Positions 8,461-18,201 of a DNA stretch of 64,000 bases are shown here, one piece after another. The stretch's first letter is position 1. Each line of letters opens with the position of its first letter. Origin of the DNA: an uncultured virus (IMG/VR IMGVR_UViG_3300031963_000084) (taxonomy: Duplodnaviria; Heunggongvirae; Uroviricota; Caudoviricetes); IMG/VR virus record IMGVR_UViG_3300031963_000084; one strand, written 5' to 3'. Made by a program: the position numbers and the translations under genes. Below the pieces are notes generated by a model. The model was given only the letters and a program-made list of their open reading frames with translations. It had not been told where the DNA came from and searched no databases.

Positions 8461-10743
8461 TTATGGGGTATATTGTAAGTATATATCGCCGTCATACCCG
8501 CCTGTAGGTGAAGCGGTACCTATAGTAATATTTCTAAATCTTATAACGCCGGTTGCGTTTACAGACATAAATCTAGTATCATTTGAAGAAGAAACCAATC
8601 CTTCCAGTCTTACCGGATTACTTGAAGAAGAAACGTGTAATTTATTAGATATATTTGACGACGTAATAACACCTATACCTATGCTTCCAGAAAATTCGCT
8701 TAATGGAGCTGTCGTATCCCCAATAGTACTTGAACTTGTAAATTTAATTACTCTATTTAAAGTACCTGATACACTTACACTACTACCACTACTACCACTA
8801 CTACCACTGCTACCGCCGCCGCCACCGGTTTGATTTACCCATGTAGTATCGTAATCGGCATTGCTTGCTTTTGCTAATACTTGATTGGTAGTGCCGCCTG
8901 ATGGAACGCCGACTCCGCTTGTGCCACTACTACCAACCGTGCCACTTGTGCCACTGCTACCACTAATGCCGCTTGTACCACTGCTACCTCCTACACCACT
9001 GGTACCACTACTGCCACTACTGCCACTACTGCCACTAATTCCGCTTGTACCACTACTGCCACTAATTCCGCTTGTACCACTACTACCGCTGCTACCACTT
9101 GTACCGGTGGTTCCACTGCTACCACTTGTACCGGTAGTTCCACTGCTACCACTTGTACCACTACTACCACCAATTCCACTTGTACCGCTACTACCGCTTG
9201 TACCGGTAGTTCCACTACTTCCACTTGTACCGGTAGTTCCACTACTACCGCTTGTGCCGTCAGTTCCACTACTACCACTCGTACCAAAACTGGTACCACT
9301 ACTACCACCCGTACCAGCGGATCCGGCAGATCCGCTTATTCCTGTACCACTACTGCCGCTACTACCACTCGTACCAAAACTGGTACCACTACTACCACCT
9401 GTACCAGCTGAACCAGCACTGCCACTACTACCAATGCCACTGCTACCGCTACTACCGCTTGTACCACTGCTACCGGTAGTACCGCTTGTACCACTACTTC
9501 CATTTAAACCACTACTACCGCTGCTACCTCCTACACCACTGCTACCACTGCTGCCACTACTTCCACTTGTACCGCTACTACCACTACTTCCAACTGTGCC
9601 ACTTGTGCCACTGCTACCACTAATGCCGCTTGTACCACTGCTACCTCCTACACCACTGGTACCACTACTGCCACTACTGCCACTACTGCCACTACTGCCA
9701 CTACTGCCACTAATTCCACTTGTACCACTACTGCCGGTTGTACCGCTACTACCACTACTGCCGGTTGTGCCACTTGTACCTGACGTACCACTGCTGCCAC
9801 TTGTACCGCTGCTACCACTTGTACCTGTTGTACCACTTGTACCGCTACTACCACTACTACCAGATGATCCACTACTACCGGTTGTACCGCTACTACCACT
9901 ACTACCACCTGTACCACTGCTACCATTAATGCCGCTTGTACCGCTACTACCACTTGTACCACTAACGGAACCGAGTGTAGTTTGTGAATATGAATAATGT
10001 AACTGTCCTTCGGTATAAAAAGTTATTTTGTCTGTAAAGACATTTTTATTTTTAGCTATAATCTTTACTACAATTCTATCTTGTGTGGACAGACTATATC
10101 CCGACTCATATACATCGGTTATAACCATACTAGGCACCAAAACCGACGTAACATCTACTGGATCTGTAGAAAACAAATAAACCTCTGAACTACCTGATCT
10201 AGCATAAACGTCTGTTGATATTTCAAATGATGACGAAGCGTTTAGTTTTGACGTGTGTAAAAACATTGACCAAATACCGGCCGGAATACTGGTTACATTT
10301 GGATATCCAACAGGAGTTTGATATGATTCTAATATTGACGTACTACCACTAGCAATAAAGATACTAGAAGTTATTTCAATGTTACCGGTAGGCGTTATAG
10401 AAATTTCTTTGTATGGAGATTGTGGTACAGACGTATTAAAATATAAAATTGCACCGCCTGAAATACCACTGACGCCGCTGGTACCACTTGTACCACTACT
10501 TCCATTTTCACCACTTGTACCGTGTGTACCACTATTACCTGATGTACCACTTGATCCAGAACTACCACTTGTACCCGTTGTGCCTGAACTTCCACTACTT
10601 CCATTTGTACCTGAATTGCCGCTTGATCCAGCAGAACCGGAACTACCTACTATACTGGATATACCTAAAGCTGTACGAGCATCTGCTTGAGTAGCAGATT
10701 GCATAAATGTGTCAATTACGTTTGATACTGTTAAATTTGGCAT
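8461..10743 (-). CDS. Gly-Ser/Thr (SSGTSG) repeat fibre-like protein (760 aa)
   Basis: Two G-x-x repeat blocks, the fibre motif 'VPSGGTTNQVLAKASNADYDTTWV', and C-terminal 'PTGGYDGDIYLQY'. Confidence 0.75.
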   Translation of the reverse strand: MPNLTVSNVIDTFMQSATQADARTALGISSIVGSSGSAGSSGNSGTNGSSGSSGTTGTSGSSGSSGTSGNSGTHGTSGENGSSGTSGTSGVSGISGGAILYFNTSVPQSPYKEISITPTGNIEITSSIFIASGSTSILESYQTPVGYPNVTSIPAGIWSMFLHTSKLNASSSFEISTDVYARSGSSEVYLFSTDPVDVTSVLVPSMVITDVYESGYSLSTQDRIVVKIIAKNKNVFTDKITFYTEGQLHYSYSQTTLGSVSGTSGSSGTSGINGSSGTGGSSGSSGTTGSSGSSGSSGSSGTSGTTGTSGSSGTSGSSGTSGTSGTTGSSGSSGTTGSSGTSGISGSSGSSGSSGSSGSSGTSGVGGSSGTSGISGSSGTSGTVGSSGSSGTSGSSGSSGSSGVGGSSGSSGLNGSSGTSGTTGSSGTSGSSGSSGIGSSGSAGSAGTGGSSGTSFGTSGSSGSSGTGISGSAGSAGTGGSSGTSFGTSGSSGTDGTSGSSGTTGTSGSSGTTGTSGSSGTSGIGGSSGTSGSSGTTGTSGSSGTTGTSGSSGSSGTSGISGSSGTSGISGSSGSSGSSGTSGVGGSSGTSGISGSSGTSGTVGSSGTSGVGVPSGGTTNQVLAKASNADYDTTWVNQTGGGGGSSGSSGSSGSSVSVSGTLNRVIKFTSSSTIGDTTAPLSEFSGSIGIGVITSSNISNKLHVSSSSNPVRLEGLVSSSNDTRFMSVNATGVIRFRNITIGTASPTGGYDGDIYLQYTP

Positions 10744-10747
10744 ATAA

Positions 10748-12217
10748 TTATGGTCTTAAATAAATAGATACTCCATCTGGTCTTATATAAAAAGAAATGC
10801 CGTCTGGTCTCAAATATGTATTATCAGCCGTAACAGGAGAAAATACATTTATTGGTACACGTCGCCATTGTCCTTGACTATAAATATAAAAATAACTACC
10901 GTCATAACTTATCCATCCATCTTGACCATAATCACTTGATTGATAAGGTACTTGATGATAAAATTTATCTGGAAATCTTTGAAATATTCTAAACGCGGTA
11001 TTTATGGGTCTTCTATTTGTCGTGGTATAAATAGGATTGCCATTACAGTCATATCCGCTTATATAAGTTTGACTGCTATAATCATAATCAAATGTTGATA
11101 TTTCTCTTTTTAACCATCCCAATGGATATTGATAAACATAAATGTATTGTGAATCATAAGCTAACCAACCATTTTCACCATAATCTGTTGAAGACTTTGG
11201 AGCTGGGTGAAAAAATGTTTTAATAATTTTTCCGGGTTCAATTTTGTTATACCCCGTATTATTTTTAATATCATTTTGTTGCAATTCCATTGTACCTTGA
11301 CCTGTTATATCAACATAGTCAAACGGTTTATCTTTTACATTTGTAGTATCCGTGTTATGTACAATATCATCCATTTCGGATGCAGAAGAAACAGCATTTT
11401 CTTGTAATCTTATTTTTCTTACTGTAAAAATCTTTGATGTGGTATTTTTGATACCACTCATACTTGTTGTAAAATTTTCGTTTAAAAGGTAAGCATTTAC
11501 ATTTAAATCAAACGTAGTTTTAATATTACGATCTTCGCCGTCATTAACTTCTTGATCTATAGTATAATTATCTATTCTAGCTCTGAACTTATATCTTTCA
11601 CGATCACCCCAATAATCTTTTGCTGCATAATTTATTTGTTCCAGTAATTTATTGTTTTGATCAACATAATCCGTCCATATAATACATTCATATGTAACAT
11701 TTATATGTACAGGTAAAGAAACGTTAAGTATTTGTTTAGTTGGCTTACTCGGAAACAGATCCTTATTCATCAGATCAAATCTGTCGTATTTATTTTTTTC
11801 CGAATAATTCATTATTGTTTGATACGTCAAATAACGATTAAACGTGGCTAACTCTTTATTATTTTCAACACTCTTTCTACGAATCATCATCGCTGGTAAC
11901 AAAATTTTACCTTGATTATCTCGTATACCACCATCTTTTTTCATAGCAACCCATCTTTCCGGATTACCATATATTACAGGTACTTTTATTGTTTCACCAT
12001 TATCGTTTACCTGCAATTTTAATTGACTTTCTAATGTTGTAATAATAGCCGTATCTATATCCAATAACGTAATTGTAACATTTTTTTCTTTATCGGTATC
12101 ACGTCGTACTGCATATGCACGATTATAATTCTTTTTTACATCCGATTGATTTTTATTATTTTCAATGGGATTTGGTGAATTATTACTGTCATTAATGTTA
12201 TTTGGTCCCCAAGGCAT
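10748..12217 (-). CDS. gp15: Tail terminator/neck protein, T4 gp15-like, with a C-terminal extension
   Basis: 'KVPVIYGNPERW', 'LPAMMIRR' and 'PVHINVTYECIIWT..DQNNKLLEQI' resemble gp15; follows the gp13- and gp14-like genes. Confidence 0.65.
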   Translation of the reverse strand: MPWGPNNINDSNNSPNPIENNKNQSDVKKNYNRAYAVRRDTDKEKNVTITLLDIDTAIITTLESQLKLQVNDNGETIKVPVIYGNPERWVAMKKDGGIRDNQGKILLPAMMIRRKSVENNKELATFNRYLTYQTIMNYSEKNKYDRFDLMNKDLFPSKPTKQILNVSLPVHINVTYECIIWTDYVDQNNKLLEQINYAAKDYWGDRERYKFRARIDNYTIDQEVNDGEDRNIKTTFDLNVNAYLLNENFTTSMSGIKNTTSKIFTVRKIRLQENAVSSASEMDDIVHNTDTTNVKDKPFDYVDITGQGTMELQQNDIKNNTGYNKIEPGKIIKTFFHPAPKSSTDYGENGWLAYDSQYIYVYQYPLGWLKREISTFDYDYSSQTYISGYDCNGNPIYTTTNRRPINTAFRIFQRFPDKFYHQVPYQSSDYGQDGWISYDGSYFYIYSQGQWRRVPINVFSPVTADNTYLRPDGISFYIRPDGVSIYLRP

Positions 12218-12220
12218 AAA

Positions 12221-12790
12221 TTAAGTTTGTCTTTCTACCAAATTCAATTTGCTTATTCTAGTATAGTGTGTATTTACTATCAAACTCCATGATTTATCTG
12301 GATGTCCACCTAAAAATTGTTCTTGTACAACGTTATCTATTTCATAATAACGTTCATTGTAAAGAACTAAATCACCGATTTCAGGGAAAAAGTTAGTAAC
12401 TATACAATCACGTTCTCTAAATCTATAAACAATATCCTGTTTTCTGTCAGGACCAAATTGTTGATTTTCTGCATTTAAATCTTCACGTTGAATTAAAGCA
12501 GTCATATTAATGCCCGGATAAAATACTTTACCTTTTTCACTACTACTTTCGCCGTATATGTTGATAACAGTTTCATATGTAGCGATCTTAAACACTTGTA
12601 CTACGTTTTCAATAATATCACCCAACAATTCGGCATTAACCGAACTCAACATATTAATGTCTCTGGGAGAAAAATATCTTCCTGGCGAATAATTGGGATT
12701 ATATATACCAATATCTTTTCTACCATTTGTCCAATATTGGGGAAAGGTTGGATTTTGTTTTGGATATTGTGGTGTTACTGGGGCTGCCAT
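12221..12790 (-). CDS. gp14: Neck/head-closure protein, T4 gp14-like
   Basis: 'NIYGES', 'FPEIGDLVLYNERYYEIDNV'; synteny between the gp13- and gp15-like genes. Confidence 0.6.
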   Translation of the reverse strand: MAAPVTPQYPKQNPTFPQYWTNGRKDIGIYNPNYSPGRYFSPRDINMLSSVNAELLGDIIENVVQVFKIATYETVINIYGESSSEKGKVFYPGINMTALIQREDLNAENQQFGPDRKQDIVYRFRERDCIVTNFFPEIGDLVLYNERYYEIDNVVQEQFLGGHPDKSWSLIVNTHYTRISKLNLVERQT

Positions 12791-12812
12791 ATAATATATA
12801 AATATATAAATA

Positions 12813-13707
12813 TTATTTATTTATAACGTTAATGATTGATTCTGGAAATTCATTTTCTCGTATTCGTATTAATTTTATATCTTTTTGTTTTAATAAATTT
12901 TCTTTTTCTAAATCATTAAAATATGATGTTTTTTGAAATTTATATTTACACTCGTCCAACGATTTTGGATGCCAAAACATACCATCTACCTCAATTACTA
13001 GATTATAATCAGGTAAATACGCGTCAAATACTTTATAATCTATAACATATTGTGGTATATATTTTATATTTTCTAACTCTAGTTGTTTATATAATTTTTC
13101 CTCCAACGATGTGTTTCCTGATGGAGAAAAAATTTTTTTAAATCCTAACCTAGATGCTCTTAATAAATTTTCCCTCCACCTGGATTCGTCTTCTTCTTTC
13201 AACGTTTTCCATATTTGACCCACACGTTTTTTCTCTTCCGGATGTGTATCCCAATATTTCTTTTTTGCTATTGATATTTTTTCATTTCTTTCTTTGGTAT
13301 ATATCTTTTTTTTAAAATTTTCATCTTCAAATCTTTTTTTACTGGATATGCTCATTTTTTCTAAAGTTTCCTTTGATTTTTTTTTTCAAAAAAAACTTAG
13401 ACATTTTTTCTTTAACGATAGGATTTTTCATAGCAATCTTTGTTTTCTCCGATACAAAAATCCTATTATTTACATCACTATAATAATGTACTTTTGAACA
13501 TTTAATACCACAGTATTTTGAATACCCATCTCCTAGAGACACAAATCTTGTTTTAGATTTACAATAACTACATTCACTTTTATTTATATTAATATATTTT
13601 ATATAATATTCTTCAGTTGATATTTTATGTGAAGATTTTATATGAATTGATAAAGATCGTGTACTTTTATATTTTAAACCGCAGATACCACATTGATGTT
13701 TGTCCAT
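12813..13707 (-). pseudogene. Free-standing homing endonuclease (Zn finger + NUMOD3-like + DUF559/Vsr-like nuclease), split by a 1-nt frameshift in a T8-G-A10 run
   Basis: ORF 13339-13707 (C2H2 and CxxC motifs) joins ORF 12813-13355 (FDAYLPDYNLVIEVDGMFWH...KLIRIRE) into one 297-aa frame if one A is removed at 13377-13386, restoring 'KKKSKETLEKMSISSKKR'. Confidence 0.75.
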
Positions 13708-14960
13708 ATATTAATATATATTAATAAAAACGCCCAAACCCCTATATAAATGTGTAGTGGTACTCTAGCTAACATCTTTTGCATTTCTTCACCTTCTTTG
13801 CCCTTGTTTTCCAATTGTGTAACCCTCAAGGTTTTTTCCAACATATCTCTTAATTTTTCAAGCAAAGTGTCTTTTTCTTCTTTAGCTTCGGATCTTAATT
13901 CGGCACCGTCTAATGTAACTTCACCACCCGGAATTGGAACGGTACTATATTTTTGAAGAATACGACCGAGTGTTTCTTTACATAAAGCTAGAAAATATTT
14001 TTTAATCCATTGTTTGCCAGGCTGATTAATTTTGCAGTAAGTACAATTTTCGTAAGGCACATCGCTTGGATCACTAATATATTCGTAACGAGATCCGCTG
14101 TAAAAGTTTGTTATATCACGTTCACTTTCAACGATATAATCTATATAAATTTTAAAACTGTCGGTTGGTATAGGAAATATTCTTAATTTGTTGTTTCCTA
14201 ATATTTCAAAGCTATAAGCACTTTTTCTAACCATATCGTTGAATTCAATTGCTTGTACACGTTCCAAATCCTCAAATATAGGAGTCATTAAGAATTGTGT
14301 TGCTGGACTATATGCGCTAAATCCCATTTCGGTAAGTACGTTGCTGTAGCTCATACCTGTCATACTAAATGGATCATAAATACGTGCTATAGCTGGTGGT
14401 CTGTAATGAAACACTCTTTTCACTTCTATTCTAGATCCAGTAAGATGTTCTATATTTTCGCCTATTAAAGCATTTAAGTCATAGACTTGATTTGTATTAG
14501 CCGGATTGCTACTGCCTGTAATACTAATATAATTTCTTTTTACTTCATATTCTCCACCGACCAATGCTTCTGCGCCATATTGTTTGCTTAGTTGTACAAC
14601 ATAAGGCAACCCTGTACTTTTCATTGCCAACCCGGTTAAATTATCGTACTTACTTTGTGGTAAACCTTGTAATGATACTAAGTTATTTACGATATTAAAT
14701 TCATTAATTACACGATTATATTCTAACGTAGCTTCTTCAAAACAAGCATAAAAATTGACATCAATCATTTCTATGTCAACAATCGGGTATCCAAGACGTT
14801 TTGCTGCCCACATCGCGCTGCTACTACAATCATTTTCAAATGTAGTCTCGCCTGATGTACAGGTTTCGTCTAGATAATAGCCGAATGGAACACTGCCGCT
14901 ATTAACAGCACTTCCACTCCCAGGCCACCTCACTCTGTCTTGGTCCAAATTAGCACTCAT
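13674..14960 (-). CDS. gp13: Neck protein, T4 gp13-like
   Basis: 'KRLGYPIVDIEM' and 'WIKKYFLALCKETLGRILQKYSTVPIPGGEVTLDGAELRSEA' are gp13-type N- and C-terminal motifs. Confidence 0.8.
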   Translation of the reverse strand: MSANLDQDRVRWPGSGSAVNSGSVPFGYYLDETCTSGETTFENDCSSSAMWAAKRLGYPIVDIEMIDVNFYACFEEATLEYNRVINEFNIVNNLVSLQGLPQSKYDNLTGLAMKSTGLPYVVQLSKQYGAEALVGGEYEVKRNYISITGSSNPANTNQVYDLNALIGENIEHLTGSRIEVKRVFHYRPPAIARIYDPFSMTGMSYSNVLTEMGFSAYSPATQFLMTPIFEDLERVQAIEFNDMVRKSAYSFEILGNNKLRIFPIPTDSFKIYIDYIVESERDITNFYSGSRYEYISDPSDVPYENCTYCKINQPGKQWIKKYFLALCKETLGRILQKYSTVPIPGGEVTLDGAELRSEAKEEKDTLLEKLRDMLEKTLRVTQLENKGKEGEEMQKMLARVPLHIYIGVWAFLLIYINIWTNINVVSAV

Positions 14961-14964
14961 TAAT

Positions 14965-14972
14965 TATAAATA
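14965..14972 (-). promoter_or_regulatory. Putative late promoter TATTTATA (representative copy, upstream of the gp13-like gene)
   Basis: Exact copies also at 3028, 5520, 12797, 12805, 17205, 18141, 23632, 26138, 33673, 52210 and 52967, mostly 3-6 nt before an ATG. Confidence 0.7.
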
Positions 14973-15025
14973 TCTAAACAACAAAAATATACAGTTTATA
15001 ATTTGTTAATTTACATATCATATTT

Positions 15026-16336
15026 TTAATTCGTTTTATCGGCGGCACCTTTCAATTTACTTAAAATTTTATTTAAATAATTCTTGATTTTATCTTTATA
15101 GATCTGTTTAGCAGTAATATTGTTTGGCTCTGTTGGCGCACGATCACCCCAATAGATTTTTTGTGTAAAATACTTATCTCCAAATCTTTCCCTCAATTCC
15201 TTGGTTCTTATTACAAATGTATCTTCCGGTCCCTTATTTTGTATTATACCCAATGCAAATGCGTCCTTTAACCTAAATCCCTTCATCTTTAATCCGGCGA
15301 TTACACCCACGGGTTTACCTGTATCGGGATCAATCGGACGATCAACATCGTCTAAAAATCTTAAATCGGTTCTATCTGCATCAATTACTTTATAACCACG
15401 ATAATATTCTGGTAATTCATCAAATATTGCAGAAATATTACCGCCTGACTTCAAATATTTTTCACATTCTATATTATTTTGTAAAGTTTCTTTTCTTGAA
15501 AAAGTCATATGTGGGTTTGAAGGATCTTCGAGACTTTGCATTGCCCATTTAAACACAGCTGTATAGTCATAAAATTTAACATCTGGATTTGCAAATTTCC
15601 AACTTTCCAATTTTTTATGAAAATCAATATCGCTCGTGCCGTTTAATCTAACTGCCAACTTTAAATTGTATTTATCAGCCACTTTTTTCAAAAACTCCAT
15701 TTCAATTTGCAATCTTTCGATGAAGTCTTCAGGGCGCATTGGGTTCAATATTCTACCACGCTTGCCTTCTGGTCCGGGTCTACCTTTGCCATAAAATCTA
15801 TCTATAATTTTTGGATCTGTAGGAATATTTTTCATCTCATCAGATGTCAATTTATCACCAAACAACCAACGAGTTTTTCTAGTTCTTGCTGCTAATTTTG
15901 CTTTTAGATATGCAGGGTTACCAGCAAAATTCAAACAACCAGCGTTACATTCTGGACTTTTCTTTGGACACACTTCATGACCCGATGAATCAGATGGAGC
16001 CAAATATAAAATTGCAGTCAAATATCCTTTGTCATCCAAGAAAGACTTCAGTGTTTTTGGATCGCTTAATACACTCAATAGTTTTAGTCTTCCTCGAGTG
16101 TCACGGATAATATTCTTCATTAATTCGGCCAGCTCATAACTAATAGGCTCCTTTTTGTTCGCTTCGGTCAAATATATATTCAAATTGTTATCGGCATCAT
16201 TTATAGCTTCATATAGAGATTGATTTACGCAATTTTTACATTCACATACAAACGTATCTAGTGGGATAATACCGTCAGCAGTCAAACCCAAACTTTTATA
16301 CATTTTTACTTCGTTTAATAAATCTATAAGTTTCAT
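15026..16336 (-). CDS. GP88-family (radical-SAM-like) protein with an MKLIDLLNE leader
   Basis: 'ILYLAP...CPKKSPECNAGCL', 'VRLNGTSDI', 'FYDYT', 'IDADRTDLRFLD', 'IAGLKMKG'. Confidence 0.65.
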   Translation of the reverse strand: MKLIDLLNEVKMYKSLGLTADGIIPLDTFVCECKNCVNQSLYEAINDADNNLNIYLTEANKKEPISYELAELMKNIIRDTRGRLKLLSVLSDPKTLKSFLDDKGYLTAILYLAPSDSSGHEVCPKKSPECNAGCLNFAGNPAYLKAKLAARTRKTRWLFGDKLTSDEMKNIPTDPKIIDRFYGKGRPGPEGKRGRILNPMRPEDFIERLQIEMEFLKKVADKYNLKLAVRLNGTSDIDFHKKLESWKFANPDVKFYDYTAVFKWAMQSLEDPSNPHMTFSRKETLQNNIECEKYLKSGGNISAIFDELPEYYRGYKVIDADRTDLRFLDDVDRPIDPDTGKPVGVIAGLKMKGFRLKDAFALGIIQNKGPEDTFVIRTKELRERFGDKYFTQKIYWGDRAPTEPNNITAKQIYKDKIKNYLNKILSKLKGAADKTN

Positions 16337-16599
16337 ATGTGTTTTGTTATTTTTACTTTTAAATTACCGTTACCTTTTATTACACGGTGATATGTTTCTT
16401 TAGGTATAAATATTGTTTCTCTAAGTAATTGTGGTAGATTATTATCTAATTGAACTTGCCAATCCACATTTTCTATAACTTCTATTGTTCTATCTTCACG
16501 ATCTATATGCCATTCTAATTCATGAGTATCTACATCAGCATCAAATTCTCTTATATACTGATTATTACCCAACAACTTTTCTGTGAACGGCAGATTCAT
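16333..16599 (-). CDS. Small cupin-like protein (88 aa)
   Basis: 'WHIDREDR' and 'FIPKETYHRVIKG' fit the two cupin motifs. Confidence 0.55.
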   Translation of the reverse strand: MNLPFTEKLLGNNQYIREFDADVDTHELEWHIDREDRTIEVIENVDWQVQLDNNLPQLLRETIFIPKETYHRVIKGNGNLKVKITKHI

Positions 16600-17201
16600 T
16601 ACCAGTACTTGCCTCTGCCTTTATTGCCTAAACTACGAATACGATGACTACGACAACTCCAATATCCAGCAGTCGTTCTATCTTTCTTTTGTGCACATTT
16701 ATGTCTAGCAGCAAAACTCTTACGGCGAGCTTTACTACGACCTCTGACTCTCAAATTAGGATCTCCAAATGTTACTTTTTTAATTTTGCCACTTTTTGAT
16801 TTTACATACACAGCATACTTCTTTGGTCCGCCTGGAGTTCTAATTGGTCTATTAAGAGTGACATTTCTACCCCGATGTTTAGCTTCCATCAAAATGTCTT
16901 CATCTACTTCAATAGGTGCATCCAAATAAACTTCTCTACCTTCGAAGAGTTCTTTTTTACCAAGATCACTTTCCACCAATTCAGCGTCTGGATCACATAA
17001 TTCAATTTGGTTGTTGAGATATAAACTACGAACTTCTTCCAACAACTCAAAATAACTATCGCTATAAGTTCTAAAAATATTTTCACTTAATGGTATTTGT
17101 TTTTCAAGATGATATTTTAAATTATCACTAACAACTGCGTCTTGTGCAAGAGTCATGCCACACAACTCTTCATTATCCATTAAATCGTTAAATTTGATCA
17201 T
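16599..17201 (-). CDS. Conserved-looking phage protein, acidic N-half and very basic C-half (200 aa)
   Basis: C-terminal 'KKVTFGDPNL...RRKSFAARHKC...AGYWSC' basic domain; upstream TATTTATA. Confidence 0.65.
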   Translation of the reverse strand: MIKFNDLMDNEELCGMTLAQDAVVSDNLKYHLEKQIPLSENIFRTYSDSYFELLEEVRSLYLNNQIELCDPDAELVESDLGKKELFEGREVYLDAPIEVDEDILMEAKHRGRNVTLNRPIRTPGGPKKYAVYVKSKSGKIKKVTFGDPNLRVRGRSKARRKSFAARHKCAQKKDRTTAGYWSCRSHRIRSLGNKGRGKYW

Positions 17202-17212
17202 AGTTATAAATA

Positions 17213-18136
17213 TTATCCATATTTATTAATTGATTTTAATTCTCCTACTAAAATCTTTTCTTGTGAATCTAAATTTTTATCTAATTCAACAAACACATCG
17301 TTTAATGTTACTTGAACATTAGCTCTTTTTTGAATGGTTTTTAAATTTTCAAGTGTATCCACAACCGTATCCAAAGTATCTTTGTACTTATTAAAGATAG
17401 GCAATTCAATATGATTACTAAATTGCAAAGCTTTCGGAGCAAGTCCTTTTAAAATATTAATGAACATGCCAACTATATGTTCGACTATTGAAAATATTGC
17501 ACCTGCAATAGGATTCGTCGCTGCCAAAAATCTTAAAACCATAAAACACACTAAAAATATTAATATTCCTGTAACACCTATAGTTACAAATCTTTTTAAT
17601 CCATACATTACTCCACCTAATCCCATCCAACTGTTCACCTCATCAACGGTTATTTGTAAAGCATCAGCTTTTTTAGCAACCTGAGAAGCTTGTATTTCAA
17701 GTCCTTTTATTTGAGCTTCGTATCTATCGTGTATTTCTTTTTGTTTATTTTGTAAATCTTGTATTAATACATCTTTTTCTTTTAATAATTTACCACCCTT
17801 TTCTTTTTCTTTTTCAATTTCACTGTTCAACAAATCCGTAATTTGTTTCATCTTGTTTAGTTCATCAACATTTGGATTGCCCGCAATACTTAATATTCTA
17901 CTATTATAGTCTAAAGCAGTTTTAACTTGTACAGGCGGATTTGTTACAGCTTTCAAAGAATAATCTGTACCCGCCGCAAGTGTAGAAACAACTTGCAATT
18001 TTTCATCGTTATTTTTAGCCTTTTCTACTCTGGTTTCGGTCAAAGCGTCTTTTGTTTTTTGTATTTTATCTACATTCGGCGTTTTACAGCTGGTTAATAC
18101 ACTAAGAGATAAAACTGATAAAATAAAAATTTTCAT
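17213..18136 (-). CDS. Lipoprotein with a coiled coil and an internal TM segment; candidate unimolecular spanin
   Basis: Signal peptide and lipobox MKIFILSVLSLSVLTS-C17, heptad-rich region, then hydrophobic FVTIGVTGILIFLVCFMVL; late-type motif upstream. Confidence 0.55.
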   Translation of the reverse strand: MKIFILSVLSLSVLTSCKTPNVDKIQKTKDALTETRVEKAKNNDEKLQVVSTLAAGTDYSLKAVTNPPVQVKTALDYNSRILSIAGNPNVDELNKMKQITDLLNSEIEKEKEKGGKLLKEKDVLIQDLQNKQKEIHDRYEAQIKGLEIQASQVAKKADALQITVDEVNSWMGLGGVMYGLKRFVTIGVTGILIFLVCFMVLRFLAATNPIAGAIFSIVEHIVGMFINILKGLAPKALQFSNHIELPIFNKYKDTLDTVVDTLENLKTIQKRANVQVTLNDVFVELDKNLDSQEKILVGELKSINKYG

Positions 18137-18167
18137 ATAATATAAATATCAAACATAATATAAAAAC

Positions 18168-18195
18168 TTGTATTTTGACAAACATATGATATACT
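18168..18195 (+). promoter_or_regulatory. Sigma70-like promoter for the mom-like gene (probably leaderless)
   Basis: TTGTAT-N16-TATACT with extended -10 TG; ATG 6 nt after the -10. Confidence 0.5.
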
Positions 18196-18201
18196 TGTTT
18201 T

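Noticed and set aside
8885..10694. Pro/Leu-, Val- and Tyr/His-rich ORFs overlapping the 760-aa gene
   Set aside because: Same shadow-frame effect of the 9-bp coding repeat.
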